A DNA stretch of 32,730 nucleotides from a virus (IMGVR_UViG_3300005077_000069:1-32730); one strand, 5' to 3'. Positions 1 through 8,536 are shown, counted from the first letter of the stretch. Notes: generated from the letters alone by a model not told the origin. Translations and numbers: made by a program.

Positions 1-1
1 T

Positions 2-814
2 ATAAGCAAGGGCGTTCCAACTGTACTTGATTTTTTTGACGAACATCTTTGCGGAGGCTGGAGACCGAGAGAAATTACAATAATTGGGGGTCATGGAGGT
101 GTAGGGAAAACGACCTTAATGTTACAGTTATTAAGGAATTTTGCAAGCAGAGGGTTTATATCAACTCTTATATCTCTGGAAATGGAGTGGGTTGATTTGC
201 TTGAATGGGTGTTTGAGCAGAATGGGTTGAGACCTGATTTTCCAGACGAAAAATTTGAATCGGTGAAAAAGGGGCTGGAGAAGTGGGTTAGGATTGTAAA
301 GCCTGACTTGAAAAACGATGAAAGCTATATTTTGTCAATGATGGAATTGTCTGCAAGAATAGATGGTGTCAGGTTTTTCATGCTTGACAACCTTACTATG
401 ATGGATATGCCGATGGATGATTTCGACAGGCTCAAGCAGTTTATAATAGACTGCATGAAGTTCGCAAAAAGATACGATGCTCATATTATTATACTGGCTC
501 ATAACAGAAAGCATGGAAACGGAAAAGGAGAAAGCTCGACGCCAACGATAGACTCAATATTGGGTTCAGGAAATATAACCAGACTTGCAAACAATGTTGT
601 TCTTATGTATGGAAAAAAATTAAAAGAAGGTGACCTGAGAAGAATAACAATATTAGATATTGTAAAGCATAGAAAACATGGAAAGCTTGGAAAGGGAGAG
701 TTCGAAATAGTAGATAGGAAAACATTCCAAAAATACATCCCTCACGTCAGAGACAATTACAGACAGGGTGAGACAGAAGATGATGAGCTTGATGATGATT
801 TTTTTTATAAATAA
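2..814 (+). CDS. DnaB/SF4-like replicative helicase (5'-partial)
   Basis: The frame is open from position 2, upstream of the tracked ATG at 119: ISKGVPTVLDFFDEHLCGGWRPREITIIGGHGGVGKTT gives a Walker A. Also FMLDNL (Walker B), IIILAH, GSGNITRLANNV, IVKHR and an acidic C-terminal tail. Confidence 0.9.
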   Translation: MSKGVPTVLDFFDEHLCGGWRPREITIIGGHGGVGKTTLMLQLLRNFASRGFISTLISLEMEWVDLLEWVFEQNGLRPDFPDEKFESVKKGLEKWVRIVKPDLKNDESYILSMMELSARIDGVRFFMLDNLTMMDMPMDDFDRLKQFIIDCMKFAKRYDAHIIILAHNRKHGNGKGESSTPTIDSILGSGNITRLANNVVLMYGKKLKEGDLRRITILDIVKHRKHGKLGKGEFEIVDRKTFQKYIPHVRDNYRQGETEDDELDDDFFYK

Positions 815-827
815 TTAAAAAAAATAG

Positions 828-856
828 TTGACATTGAAAAATAAAAAAAATATAAA
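828..856 (+). promoter_or_regulatory. sigma70-like promoter TTGACA-N17-TATAAA with upstream A-tract
   Basis: TTGACA at 828-833 and TATAAA at 851-856, intergenic. Confidence 0.65.
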
Positions 857-863
857 ATATAAC

Positions 864-1166
864 ATGATTCCGGAAAAAATTATATTAAAGCAAACAAAAG
901 ACTTATTGAAGGTTGAGGGATTTTATGTTATAAGAAATCACCAGTCAATGGGTAGTCACCTTGGTTTATCTGACATTACTGCGATTAAAGATGGGGTAGT
1001 GTTGTTCATAGAGACTAAAACTAAAACCGGAAAGCTCAGTCCTCACCAGATAAAATTTCAAAATGAAATAAACAGACATGGTGGGAACTACATAGTAGTA
1101 AGGGATGTGGAAGATATAATAAAATATTTACTGAAAAATAACTTAGGTAGAGAAAGATTATTTTGA
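864..1166 (+). CDS. VRR-NUC domain nuclease (PD-(D/E)XK)
   Basis: PEK.I, GLSDI, LFIETK, GKLSPHQ..FQ, GGNY.VVR match the phage VRR-NUC pattern. ATG 864 is preferred because the tracked TTG at 828 is the -35 box. Confidence 0.85.
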   Translation: MIPEKIILKQTKDLLKVEGFYVIRNHQSMGSHLGLSDITAIKDGVVLFIETKTKTGKLSPHQIKFQNEINRHGGNYIVVRDVEDIIKYLLKNNLGRERLF

Positions 1167-1426
1167 TTTGTGAAAAGTGTGGAAGAGCAGAGGCAACAGA
1201 GATTCATCATAAATTTTCTCAGACGAAAAGAAATAAGAAAATATATGGTGAACTAATACATAATCCGATAAACTTGCAATATTTGTGCTATGACTGTCAT
1301 CATAATAAGCCGGTTGATAAATTAACTGAGTCAGAGTTCAGAGGGTTACTGTTATTGAGGGAAGGCAAAGGTATAAGTTTGCCAGAGCTGAAAAAACCAA
1401 CAGGGAAATGTAGGCGAGAAGGATGA
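1163..1426 (+). CDS. small HNH endonuclease-like protein
   Basis: CEKC...EIHH...NLQYLCYDCH (CxxC-HH-N-CxxCH). Confidence 0.75.
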   Translation: MICEKCGRAEATEIHHKFSQTKRNKKIYGELIHNPINLQYLCYDCHHNKPVDKLTESEFRGLLLLREGKGISLPELKKPTGKCRREG

Positions 1427-1542
1427 AATGTCCTGAATGTCAAAAAACACTAAGGTTGAAGATAGATAATGAACATGTCGTTTATATGGAGTGTCCTGTG
1501 TGCAAATACAGACATAAGCCGTTAATAGAGAGAATGAAATGA
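1423..1542 (+). CDS. 39-aa zinc-ribbon protein (not in ORF track)
   Basis: MKCPECQKTLRLKIDNEHVVYMECPVCKYRHKPLIERMK; two CPxC motifs; ATGA overlaps with both neighbouring genes. Confidence 0.7.
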   Translation: MKCPECQKTLRLKIDNEHVVYMECPVCKYRHKPLIERMK

Positions 1543-1760
1543 GAGATTATAGAATTACAGCAGACATAACAGCAGATATTTTAGACGATTTAAAAAAAAG
1601 GTTGCTTAAGCGTGGACTTCACCTGAGAGGCAGATACGGTTGCGGAAAGATGCTATACGAAAAAATACTTAGAAAGGGAATTGTAGAGCTTATGGGAAAC
1701 AGGAAAGAATTTGAAAAAGCTCTGGCGGAGATAATTAAAGAGCAGGGAAGAGGGAGTTAA
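1539..1760 (+). CDS. hypothetical protein
   Basis: 73-aa ORF coupled to the upstream gene by an ATGA overlap. Confidence 0.6.
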   Translation: MRDYRITADITADILDDLKKRLLKRGLHLRGRYGCGKMLYEKILRKGIVELMGNRKEFEKALAEIIKEQGRGS

Positions 1761-1814
1761 TTAAAAAAAATATAAAAAAATAATTGACAAAAATAGGTAA
1801 AATTATTTAAAAAT
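1759..1814 (+). promoter_or_regulatory. putative promoter (A-tracts, TTGACA, AT-rich -10 region)
   Basis: TTGACA at 1784-1789 after A-tracts; the -10 is imperfect; GGAGG RBS precedes ATG 1850. Confidence 0.45.
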
Positions 1815-1849
1815 AAATAAATAAAAAAACAAACAAACTGGAGGATTTA

Positions 1850-2245
1850 ATGAAAATTCAAACATCAAATTACAGAAAAAGCGGAAAAGAAAAAAATGCA
1901 ATAGCAATATCAAGAGGTGTGCCAGAGTTTTTTTCTGGTGAAACATACGAGAAATTGTTCCCTACATGGGATATGGTAAAAAATACAAAAGGGTTGACTG
2001 ACGAAGAATGGGAAAAAGAATATAGGGAAAGGATTTTAAGCAAATTAGATCCAGTCCAAACAGCAAAAGAATTAGATGGTAAAATATTATTATGTTGGGA
2101 GGGAGAAGGTAAGGCGTGTCATAGGCATTATGTGGCAAAATGGTTGAAGGAAATAGGAGTTGACGTAAGCGAAGTAGAAGTAGCAACAAGAAAAAAGAAA
2201 AAGGAAACTGTTGATTTTATTGAAGTAAATGGTCTTTTGTTTTAG
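1850..2245 (+). CDS. DUF488-like phage protein
   Basis: IQTSNY, AISRGVP, LFPTW, Y...IL..LDP, LLCWE...CHRH.VA.WL. Confidence 0.75.
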   Translation: MKIQTSNYRKSGKEKNAIAISRGVPEFFSGETYEKLFPTWDMVKNTKGLTDEEWEKEYRERILSKLDPVQTAKELDGKILLCWEGEGKACHRHYVAKWLKEIGVDVSEVEVATRKKKKETVDFIEVNGLLF

Positions 2246-2261
2246 GAAGTTTGTTTTAAAT

Positions 2262-2333
2262 TGCGGGATAGTTTAACTGGTAGAACATCGGATTTTGAGT
2301 CCGGCAGCAGTGGTTCGAATCCACCGCCCGCAG
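2262..2333 (+). tRNA. trnQ: tRNA-Gln(TTG), no encoded CCA, two stem mismatches
   Basis: Acceptor TGCGGGA/GCCCGCA, D arm GTTT/GAAC, anticodon arm TCGGA-TTTTGAG-TCCGG, T arm AGTGG-TTCGAAT-CCACC; U1-A72 and G73 are typical of Gln. Confidence 0.85.
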
Positions 2334-2334
2334 A

Positions 2335-2856
2335 ATGGCAATAATAGAAATAAATAAAATATTTTTAGGAAATACTCCGTCAGAGCAAAGAAAGTTTTTG
2401 TTTAAAGTCTTAGAGGTTTTAAGAGGTAAGGGGTATGAAAATATAATTGTTCCAGCAGTGGGGCAATTTGCAATCCCTCATATTGCAATTTCGGCAGGAT
2501 ATGAGAAAGAAAGAATACTCTCAAGCGACATTTCTTATTTTAGTTCATTGTTGGGGTACTATTATACTCAACAACCTATTGAATCTTTAAAAGCGGTCTA
2601 TGATAATGAAATTTTAATAGATATGGACTATGAGGCGGTAAACTTGATGTTTTTGTCAAATCAGAAAAAAGCATTTGACGATGTAGTGAATATGGTAACA
2701 GCAGACATTGTTCATGTGGCGGATTTGGAGTGTTTTGAAGCATTTAAAGAGGCGTTGAAGATCGTATCAGTGAAAGAGGATATAAGAAATTTAACACCAA
2801 TGGTTTATAAGATGTGTCAAATTGTTATAGAATATTATTCTGGAAAAGAAAAATGA
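2335..2856 (+). CDS. putative truncated adenine-methyltransferase-like / ParB-C-terminal chimera
   Basis: The N-terminal half has FLGNTP, IIVPAVGQF and SSDISYFS (SAM-binding strands 1-2) but no (D/N)PPY motif; the C-terminal half (DYEAVNLMFL, EDIRN) looks like a different protein. Confidence 0.5.
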   Translation: MAIIEINKIFLGNTPSEQRKFLFKVLEVLRGKGYENIIVPAVGQFAIPHIAISAGYEKERILSSDISYFSSLLGYYYTQQPIESLKAVYDNEILIDMDYEAVNLMFLSNQKKAFDDVVNMVTADIVHVADLECFEAFKEALKIVSVKEDIRNLTPMVYKMCQIVIEYYSGKEK

Positions 2857-3302
2857 AAAAAATAGGGAGACCGAGTAAACTTAATGCGAAGTCGAAAGAA
2901 AGACTTCTTGAGGCACTGAGGGTTGGAAATTTTAGAGAAGTAGCGGCTGAGTATGCAGGAATAGGAACAACTACATTTTATAGGTGGATGGAGAAGGGAG
3001 AAAGTGAAGAGAAGGGAGAATATAGGGACTTTCGGGAGGCAGTAATAGCCGTAGAAACGCAGACAGAAGTAAGATTGACTAATTTGCTTATGGCTGAAAT
3101 GGTGGAAAAGAAAAATTTCAAGGACATTATTACATTTCTGGAAAAAAGACATAGAAAAAGATGGGGAATAAAAAGCCAGTTGGAGTTAAGCGGAAACAAG
3201 GAAAAGCCATTAAGAGTAGAAATAGAGTCCATAAAGGACATCTTAGATACAGTAGATGATGATGGATTGAAAAACCTGAAAGAATATGCAGAAGAAGAAT
3301 AG
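2853..3302 (+). CDS. terS: terminase small subunit (HTH)
   Basis: GRPSKL, AAEYAGIGTTTFYRW (HTH), FLEKRH...WG; immediately upstream of TerL. ATG 2853 overlaps the previous stop. Confidence 0.8.
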   Translation: MKKIGRPSKLNAKSKERLLEALRVGNFREVAAEYAGIGTTTFYRWMEKGESEEKGEYRDFREAVIAVETQTEVRLTNLLMAEMVEKKNFKDIITFLEKRHRKRWGIKSQLELSGNKEKPLRVEIESIKDILDTVDDDGLKNLKEYAEEE

Positions 3303-4845
3303 TTTTTATTTGGCAATAAAAGATTTAGCTTTGGTTAATCCGGTTTTATTTAGAGCTTTGTCTATCCACAAAACACACAAAAACGCAGGAATAAAAATAA
3401 AAAGAAAATCTTACTTAGAAGGGATATATTCAGATAAAAGCAAGAATATGGTTATTAAAAAATCTACTCAATGCGGAATATCTGAATATTTAATAATAAG
3501 AGCATTTTATAGGGCTGAAAGCGGAAAAAATCTGCTGTATATTTTGCCTACATTTGACCTAAGAAGACAATTTGTAAGAGAGAGAGTTGATAAAACTGTA
3601 ATGTTTACGGAATATTACAGAAAAGTGTTAAATGAAGTTTCGTCTATGTCTGAATCGGTTGCTCTTAAACAATTTAATAGCGGTACGATTGCTTTTGTTG
3701 GTTCAAATACGCCCAATGCTTTTATTTCATATCCAGCAGATGATATAATTGTAGATGAATTGGATAATTGCAACCAAGAGAATCTGATAATGGCGGAAGA
3801 AAGACAGAGCGCAAGTACAGATAAAAGCAGTATAAAAGTTGGAAATCCGACAGTAAGCAGATTTGGAATAGATTATGAGTACGAAAAAAGCGATAAAAAG
3901 AAATGGTTTGTAAAATGTGAGCATTGTGGGGAATGGATAAATCCAGATTTTTTTAGAAACGTTGTGGTTGAAATGGAAAAAAATGTGTGGGTTGTGAGAG
4001 ATAGAAAATACAACGGGAACAATACCTTGAGGGCAATTTGCTCATGCGGAAAACAGTTAAATAGGTTTGGAGACGGCGAATGGGTGGCAGAGAAGAAATC
4101 AGATATTTCGGGATATCATATTTCGAAAATGTTTTCAACTCAAGTGACTTTGCAGGAAATATTTAACAGGTTTAAAGATGGGCTTGTGAATGATTCTGTT
4201 ATGGAAAGGGTTTATAACGGAGACTTGGGGTACGCCTTTACTTCAAAAGGAGCTAAGATTGATACAGAAATGCTCGATGATTGCATTGACAACAACTATT
4301 TGATGCCGGATAAATCGACAAATCCGACCATTGCAGGGATAGACGTGGGGAAAGTAAATAATATCTGCATAGGGGAATTAACAGCAGATGGAAAAATAAA
4401 GATGGTTTACATAGGAGCAATACCAGCAGAAAACCCAATGGATATTATAGAGATATTTAAAAGATATAATGTAAAATTTTTCATAGTTGATGCGATGCCA
4501 GAAACAAGATATAGCAAAAAATTAATTGCGTATATGGGAAATAGAGGGCTGATGAATTATTATGGTAGTGATAAAGAGGATCTTGGAAAACCGAATGAGA
4601 AGAAAGCGGTGTCAAATAGTAGAACACAGACGTTAGATTTGGTGAAGGAATATATTTTAATGAAGAATATAATTTTTCCGGTAAACGCAAAAAACATAAA
4701 AGATTTTTATTTTCAAATAATGAGTTCAACGAGGATTTATAATGAGAAAAGAAATTGTTATGATTGGGTAGAGTCGGGAGAAGACCATTATTTACATGCT
4801 TTAGGATATTTAATAATGGCTAAAAGATATTTAAGCGTAATGTAG
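3286..4845 (+). CDS. terL: terminase large subunit, lambda gpA-like
   Basis: KSTQCGISE (gpA-type Walker A), IIVDELD (Walker B), GNPT, CEHC/CSC zinc sites, GYHISKM, AGIDVG and DHYLHA nuclease motifs. Confidence 0.92.
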   Translation: MQKKNSFYLAIKDLALVNPVLFRALSIHKTHKNAGIKIKRKSYLEGIYSDKSKNMVIKKSTQCGISEYLIIRAFYRAESGKNLLYILPTFDLRRQFVRERVDKTVMFTEYYRKVLNEVSSMSESVALKQFNSGTIAFVGSNTPNAFISYPADDIIVDELDNCNQENLIMAEERQSASTDKSSIKVGNPTVSRFGIDYEYEKSDKKKWFVKCEHCGEWINPDFFRNVVVEMEKNVWVVRDRKYNGNNTLRAICSCGKQLNRFGDGEWVAEKKSDISGYHISKMFSTQVTLQEIFNRFKDGLVNDSVMERVYNGDLGYAFTSKGAKIDTEMLDDCIDNNYLMPDKSTNPTIAGIDVGKVNNICIGELTADGKIKMVYIGAIPAENPMDIIEIFKRYNVKFFIVDAMPETRYSKKLIAYMGNRGLMNYYGSDKEDLGKPNEKKAVSNSRTQTLDLVKEYILMKNIIFPVNAKNIKDFYFQIMSSTRIYNEKRNCYDWVESGEDHYLHALGYLIMAKRYLSVM

Positions 4846-4856
4846 ACAAAAAGTGA

Positions 4857-4885
4857 TTGAAAAAAAAATAGCCAATGATTATATT
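4857..4885 (+). promoter_or_regulatory. putative promoter TTGAAA-N17-TATATT upstream of portal
   Basis: Intergenic, 17-nt spacer, same ATTATATT -10 context as the promoter at 8537. Confidence 0.45.
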
Positions 4886-4924
4886 GAAAAAAATGAGAAA
4901 GTAACGACAAAAGAGGGATAATCA

Positions 4925-6481
4925 ATGAAATTTACCGATAGAGTTAAAAAAGTATTTAAAGGTCTTGCTGGGATAAATGACACTCTGTCCGGTCAGGGAA
5001 TCCCTGCATATATGAACAATACCGAAAAAGATAGAAGAGGTCTCCAGATATACACTATGTCACAGCTCATAGGAATTACTGGAAGAGCAGAAGATGGAAA
5101 TCTTGTATCGGGAAATATAGAACAGCCGATATTTTATTTAAGTCTTGAAGAGAGAGACGGAATATTCAGATTATGTGCCCCTGTATTCTCAGTTGTAACC
5201 TCAAGAATGAACAGGATAGCAGGGCTTGACTGGACTGTTACATGTGACAGAAAAAGAGAGGAAGAGATAGCGGATTCCCTTGAAAGGTATTATCAGATAT
5301 ATAATGAGTTCAAAGACGTTCAGGACTTAAAATATCAGATAGTAAGAATACAGATTGCAAACGAGATAAAGAAAACCCTTACAGACATTTTACCGGACTT
5401 GAGCAATTTTAACAGGTCTCTTCTCAGATGGAAAAAGCAAATTGATTCTCAAAAAACAAATAATGCCTCAGGAATAGAAGAATGGTTGAGAGAGCCAAAC
5501 ATAAACGATAAGTGGGAAGACTTTATAAAAAAATACGTATATGATTTAATGATACATGGGGCATCTGCAATATATAAAGAGCAACTTAATGGAAGAGTTG
5601 AGAATTTTTATTTATTATCGGGCGGAACAGTTATTCCGCTCAAAGACCCTTATGTTGGAGGGAAGAACGCTTTTGTGCAAATAACACAAGGGTATGAACC
5701 CCAGATATATTATGGTGACGAGCTTGTTTATTCTCAGTACGTTCCGACCACAGCCAGAGCTTACGGGTTTATTCCGCTTGAGGCTTTAATAAATAAAATA
5801 TCAGAGAGCTTGTTATTTGATAAACTTATGGCAGAGCAGGCAGATGGAACAAGAATGCCAGAGAAAATGGTTATTGTAACAGAACAGAGTCCGTTCGGAA
5901 CTATTGACAAAGAGTTTAACATTCCAATGGACGCAGACAAGCAGAAAAGACTTGAGACTAAACTTAACCAGCCGAGAAAGGGAGCTATAATGACATTCTC
6001 TGGGAACAATGCAACCGTAATAGACCTGTCCAGAGAGAACACCATGCAGTTTCAGAATGAAAGACAAAAGGATATTAAACAGGATGTCGCTTTAGTGTTT
6101 CAGGCAAGCAACATGGAAATGAACCTGACAGGGAGCGAAGATACGTCTGGAAGAAATACCTCAGAAGAGCAATCAAAGATAATGCTCAGCAAGGCTATAT
6201 TCCCTATAATAAGACAGCTTGAAAATAAGCTCAATAGAGATATAATTCCATATAGAGCAGGTTTTGGTTATAAGTTTAAGTTTGATAGCGGAGAAACCGA
6301 AATAGAGAAAATAGAACTGCTTACAAAGAAAATGCAGTCAGGGTTATTCTCAGTTAATGAGCTTAGAACTGGAGAGCTTAATCTCGAGCAGTTTGATTCA
6401 CCAGAGTTTGATGTTCCTCAATCGGCACAACCGGCACAACAGGGAACAGAAGATAATCCGATGTTCACAAGGTCGAAATGA
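4925..6481 (+). CDS. portal protein
   Basis: Follows TerL; 518 aa; PN...WEDF...VYDLMIHG, YGFIPLE, SVNELR resemble HK97-like portals. Confidence 0.88.
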   Translation: MKFTDRVKKVFKGLAGINDTLSGQGIPAYMNNTEKDRRGLQIYTMSQLIGITGRAEDGNLVSGNIEQPIFYLSLEERDGIFRLCAPVFSVVTSRMNRIAGLDWTVTCDRKREEEIADSLERYYQIYNEFKDVQDLKYQIVRIQIANEIKKTLTDILPDLSNFNRSLLRWKKQIDSQKTNNASGIEEWLREPNINDKWEDFIKKYVYDLMIHGASAIYKEQLNGRVENFYLLSGGTVIPLKDPYVGGKNAFVQITQGYEPQIYYGDELVYSQYVPTTARAYGFIPLEALINKISESLLFDKLMAEQADGTRMPEKMVIVTEQSPFGTIDKEFNIPMDADKQKRLETKLNQPRKGAIMTFSGNNATVIDLSRENTMQFQNERQKDIKQDVALVFQASNMEMNLTGSEDTSGRNTSEEQSKIMLSKAIFPIIRQLENKLNRDIIPYRAGFGYKFKFDSGETEIEKIELLTKKMQSGLFSVNELRTGELNLEQFDSPEFDVPQSAQPAQQGTEDNPMFTRSK

Positions 6482-6681
6482 CACAAATAAAAATTCCGAA
6501 AGTAACACAGTCAAAGATAATAGACATGATGCAACCTATAGCTTTAGACCTTACAGCGATATTCAGTATAATGAAAGAGGATATACTCCAAAAGATAGAC
6601 GAAGAAAAAGAGCCGGAAGAGATAATAAATGAAATAGTAAAATTATTCGGAGGACATAATGAGCAAGAAGAAGTCAGTTAA
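6478..6681 (+). CDS. hypothetical protein
   Basis: 67 aa, ATGA-coupled to the portal gene. Confidence 0.6.
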   Translation: MTQIKIPKVTQSKIIDMMQPIALDLTAIFSIMKEDILQKIDEEKEPEEIINEIVKLFGGHNEQEEVS

Positions 6682-7273
6682 GACGGTCATAAAAAAGAAG
6701 GTAATTGTTAAGGACAAAGCAGGTGACAAGGTCGCAAGAGTTATGCAGGAGTTTAAAGACGGAAAACTCAAGTCAAGCTCTGGAGAGATAGTGACAGACA
6801 AAAAACAGGCTCTTGCAATTGCATTGAGTGAGGCAGGGCTTTCAAAATCAGTATTCAAATCTTTTGAAAAGGTTGAAATGATAAACAAAATAAGAGTAAT
6901 GAAATCCAGTCTTATGAAAAAGATTCAAAAAGAAGAGGCGGCTCAGGAGGATATAGTAAATAGGCTCATAGGGTTTATAGCTAAAAATCCACATCCGGCA
7001 GATTCAGATGTTCGAGCTTTTGCGGAAAGCAACGGGATAAACATAGAGCAGATGCAGAAAAAGATATACGGGATATTGTCTGATTTTCTTACAGGGGGGA
7101 AATCTAAAGGTAAACAGTTTGACATAAATCCGGAAGAACTTAAAATGGGCATAGAGGTCGAGCAGGAACATACCGGAAACAAAATACTTGCAGGGAAGAT
7201 AGCTATGGATCATCTGGCTGAAAATCCTGACTATTACACGAGATTATTGGAAATGGAGAGTGAGGCAAAATAA
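6659..7273 (+). CDS. DUF6496-like + DUF5661-like fusion, putative head-associated protein
   Basis: N-terminal KVARVMQEFKDGKLKSSSG..VTDKKQALAIALSEA; C-terminal ELKMGIEVEQEHT...KIAMDHLAENPDYYTRL; GGAGG RBS. Confidence 0.7.
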   Translation: MSKKKSVKTVIKKKVIVKDKAGDKVARVMQEFKDGKLKSSSGEIVTDKKQALAIALSEAGLSKSVFKSFEKVEMINKIRVMKSSLMKKIQKEEAAQEDIVNRLIGFIAKNPHPADSDVRAFAESNGINIEQMQKKIYGILSDFLTGGKSKGKQFDINPEELKMGIEVEQEHTGNKILAGKIAMDHLAENPDYYTRLLEMESEAK

Positions 7274-7485
7274 TGGCAGGGAATAAGATGAAAGAGGCTA
7301 TCAGGGAAAATGACAGGAAGAAATTAGAAGACACTCTTGCGAGAGCCATGACAGCAGGGCAAATGGAGTTGATATATTTCATCAGAAAGCAGAGTTTGTG
7401 GCATAGAATACAGATAGCATGGGGAATAATAAGAAACAAGCAGAGAAATGAAATAAAGCCGGAAGAATTTAAAATAACAGCATAA
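7273..7485 (+). CDS. hypothetical protein
   Basis: 70 aa, TAATG-coupled. Confidence 0.6.
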   Translation: MAGNKMKEAIRENDRKKLEDTLARAMTAGQMELIYFIRKQSLWHRIQIAWGIIRNKQRNEIKPEEFKITA

Positions 7486-7491
7486 GCAATT

Positions 7492-7563
7492 GCCTGAGTA
7501 GCTCAATGGAAGAGCAACTGATTTGTAATCAGTATGTTGGAGGTTCAAGTCCTCTCTTAGGCT
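7492..7563 (+). tRNA. trnT: tRNA-Thr(TGT), no encoded CCA
   Basis: Acceptor GCCTGAG/CTTAGGC, D arm GCTC/GAGC, anticodon arm ACTGA-TTTGTAA-TCAGT, T arm GGAGG-TTCAAGT-CCTCT. Confidence 0.93.
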
Positions 7564-7578
7564 CATAGGAGAAAGGTT

Positions 7579-7764
7579 ATGGTAAACATTGAGATTAAAA
7601 TTAAAATGTCAGCAGGGAAAGAAGTTACAATTACGGCTGATGAGGCAAAAGAATTATATCTTGCCCTTGAGTCCTGTTTGGCAATAAGACCAAAAGCTAA
7701 GGACGACATAAGAATAGCCGGAAATATTAAATCGTTCACCAGTACAGGAGTGGAAGTTGGCTAA
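7579..7764 (+). CDS. hypothetical protein
   Basis: 61 aa with AGGAG RBS. Confidence 0.55.
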   Translation: MVNIEIKIKMSAGKEVTITADEAKELYLALESCLAIRPKAKDDIRIAGNIKSFTSTGVEVG

Positions 7765-8530
7765 GATTCATTTAGACAGGCTCAAGAGTAAATATGGTGA
7801 AGGTACTGTTACCGGTAGTACCTATGCTAAACTTATCTCAGAGATAATTGCAGAGAATACGAGCAATGTTTCAAAAGCTGTGTTGAGAATGGATTCAGAG
7901 ATAATTGAAAAGCAGGTTTCAAAATTAGAGAGAGCAAAAGACAAAAGAATAACCTTACCAGATATTCAGGAAGTATTCCCGAAGAAAGAAATAACAATAA
8001 GAAAGTCCGCAGAAAAGGGAAACCTTATATCAGATAATCTCAGAGATAAGCTGACAAAGGATTTAAGAAACATTCTATCGGAAACCGGATATGTTTCAGC
8101 AAAAGGGAAAAACAAGGGATTTATGAAAAAGTCTGTAATAAAGGAATTTGAAAAAAGTATAACGAAAACTTTCGAAAACTATACCAAAAGAGATAAAAAC
8201 TTTGGTATGCCGTCAAACATCCATGCAATAGCGGTTACAGAAACCAGATCGGCTGTAAATAACATAAAGCATGAATACATGACTGCTATGGTAAAAGAAA
8301 ATCCTGAATTACAGACAATGAAGACATGGATCCATAACGGTTCAATGTCAAAGAACTCGAGACCGCATCATTATAAACTGCATGGCAAAACTATTCCTAT
8401 GAACAAACTTTTCAAGCTCAAGAACAATGATACGGGAGAAGTGTTCATGATTGAATATCCTCACCATGAGTCATTGCCAGCCGGTGAGGTAATAAACTGT
8501 AATTGTGAAGTTGGATATTTTTTAGTATAA
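7757..8530 (+). CDS. head morphogenesis protein (SPP1 gp7 / Mu gpF-like)
   Basis: AIAVTETRSA, KTWIH, SRPHH..LHG, YPH...LPAGEVINCNC. Confidence 0.85.
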   Translation: MAKIHLDRLKSKYGEGTVTGSTYAKLISEIIAENTSNVSKAVLRMDSEIIEKQVSKLERAKDKRITLPDIQEVFPKKEITIRKSAEKGNLISDNLRDKLTKDLRNILSETGYVSAKGKNKGFMKKSVIKEFEKSITKTFENYTKRDKNFGMPSNIHAIAVTETRSAVNNIKHEYMTAMVKENPELQTMKTWIHNGSMSKNSRPHHYKLHGKTIPMNKLFKLKNNDTGEVFMIEYPHHESLPAGEVINCNCEVGYFLV

Positions 8531-8536
8531 ATGTTC

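Noticed and set aside
6357-6632. Alternative-frame plus-strand ORFs (also 18820-19014 and 31814-32053)
   Set aside because: They overlap better-supported genes and show no RBS or motif.
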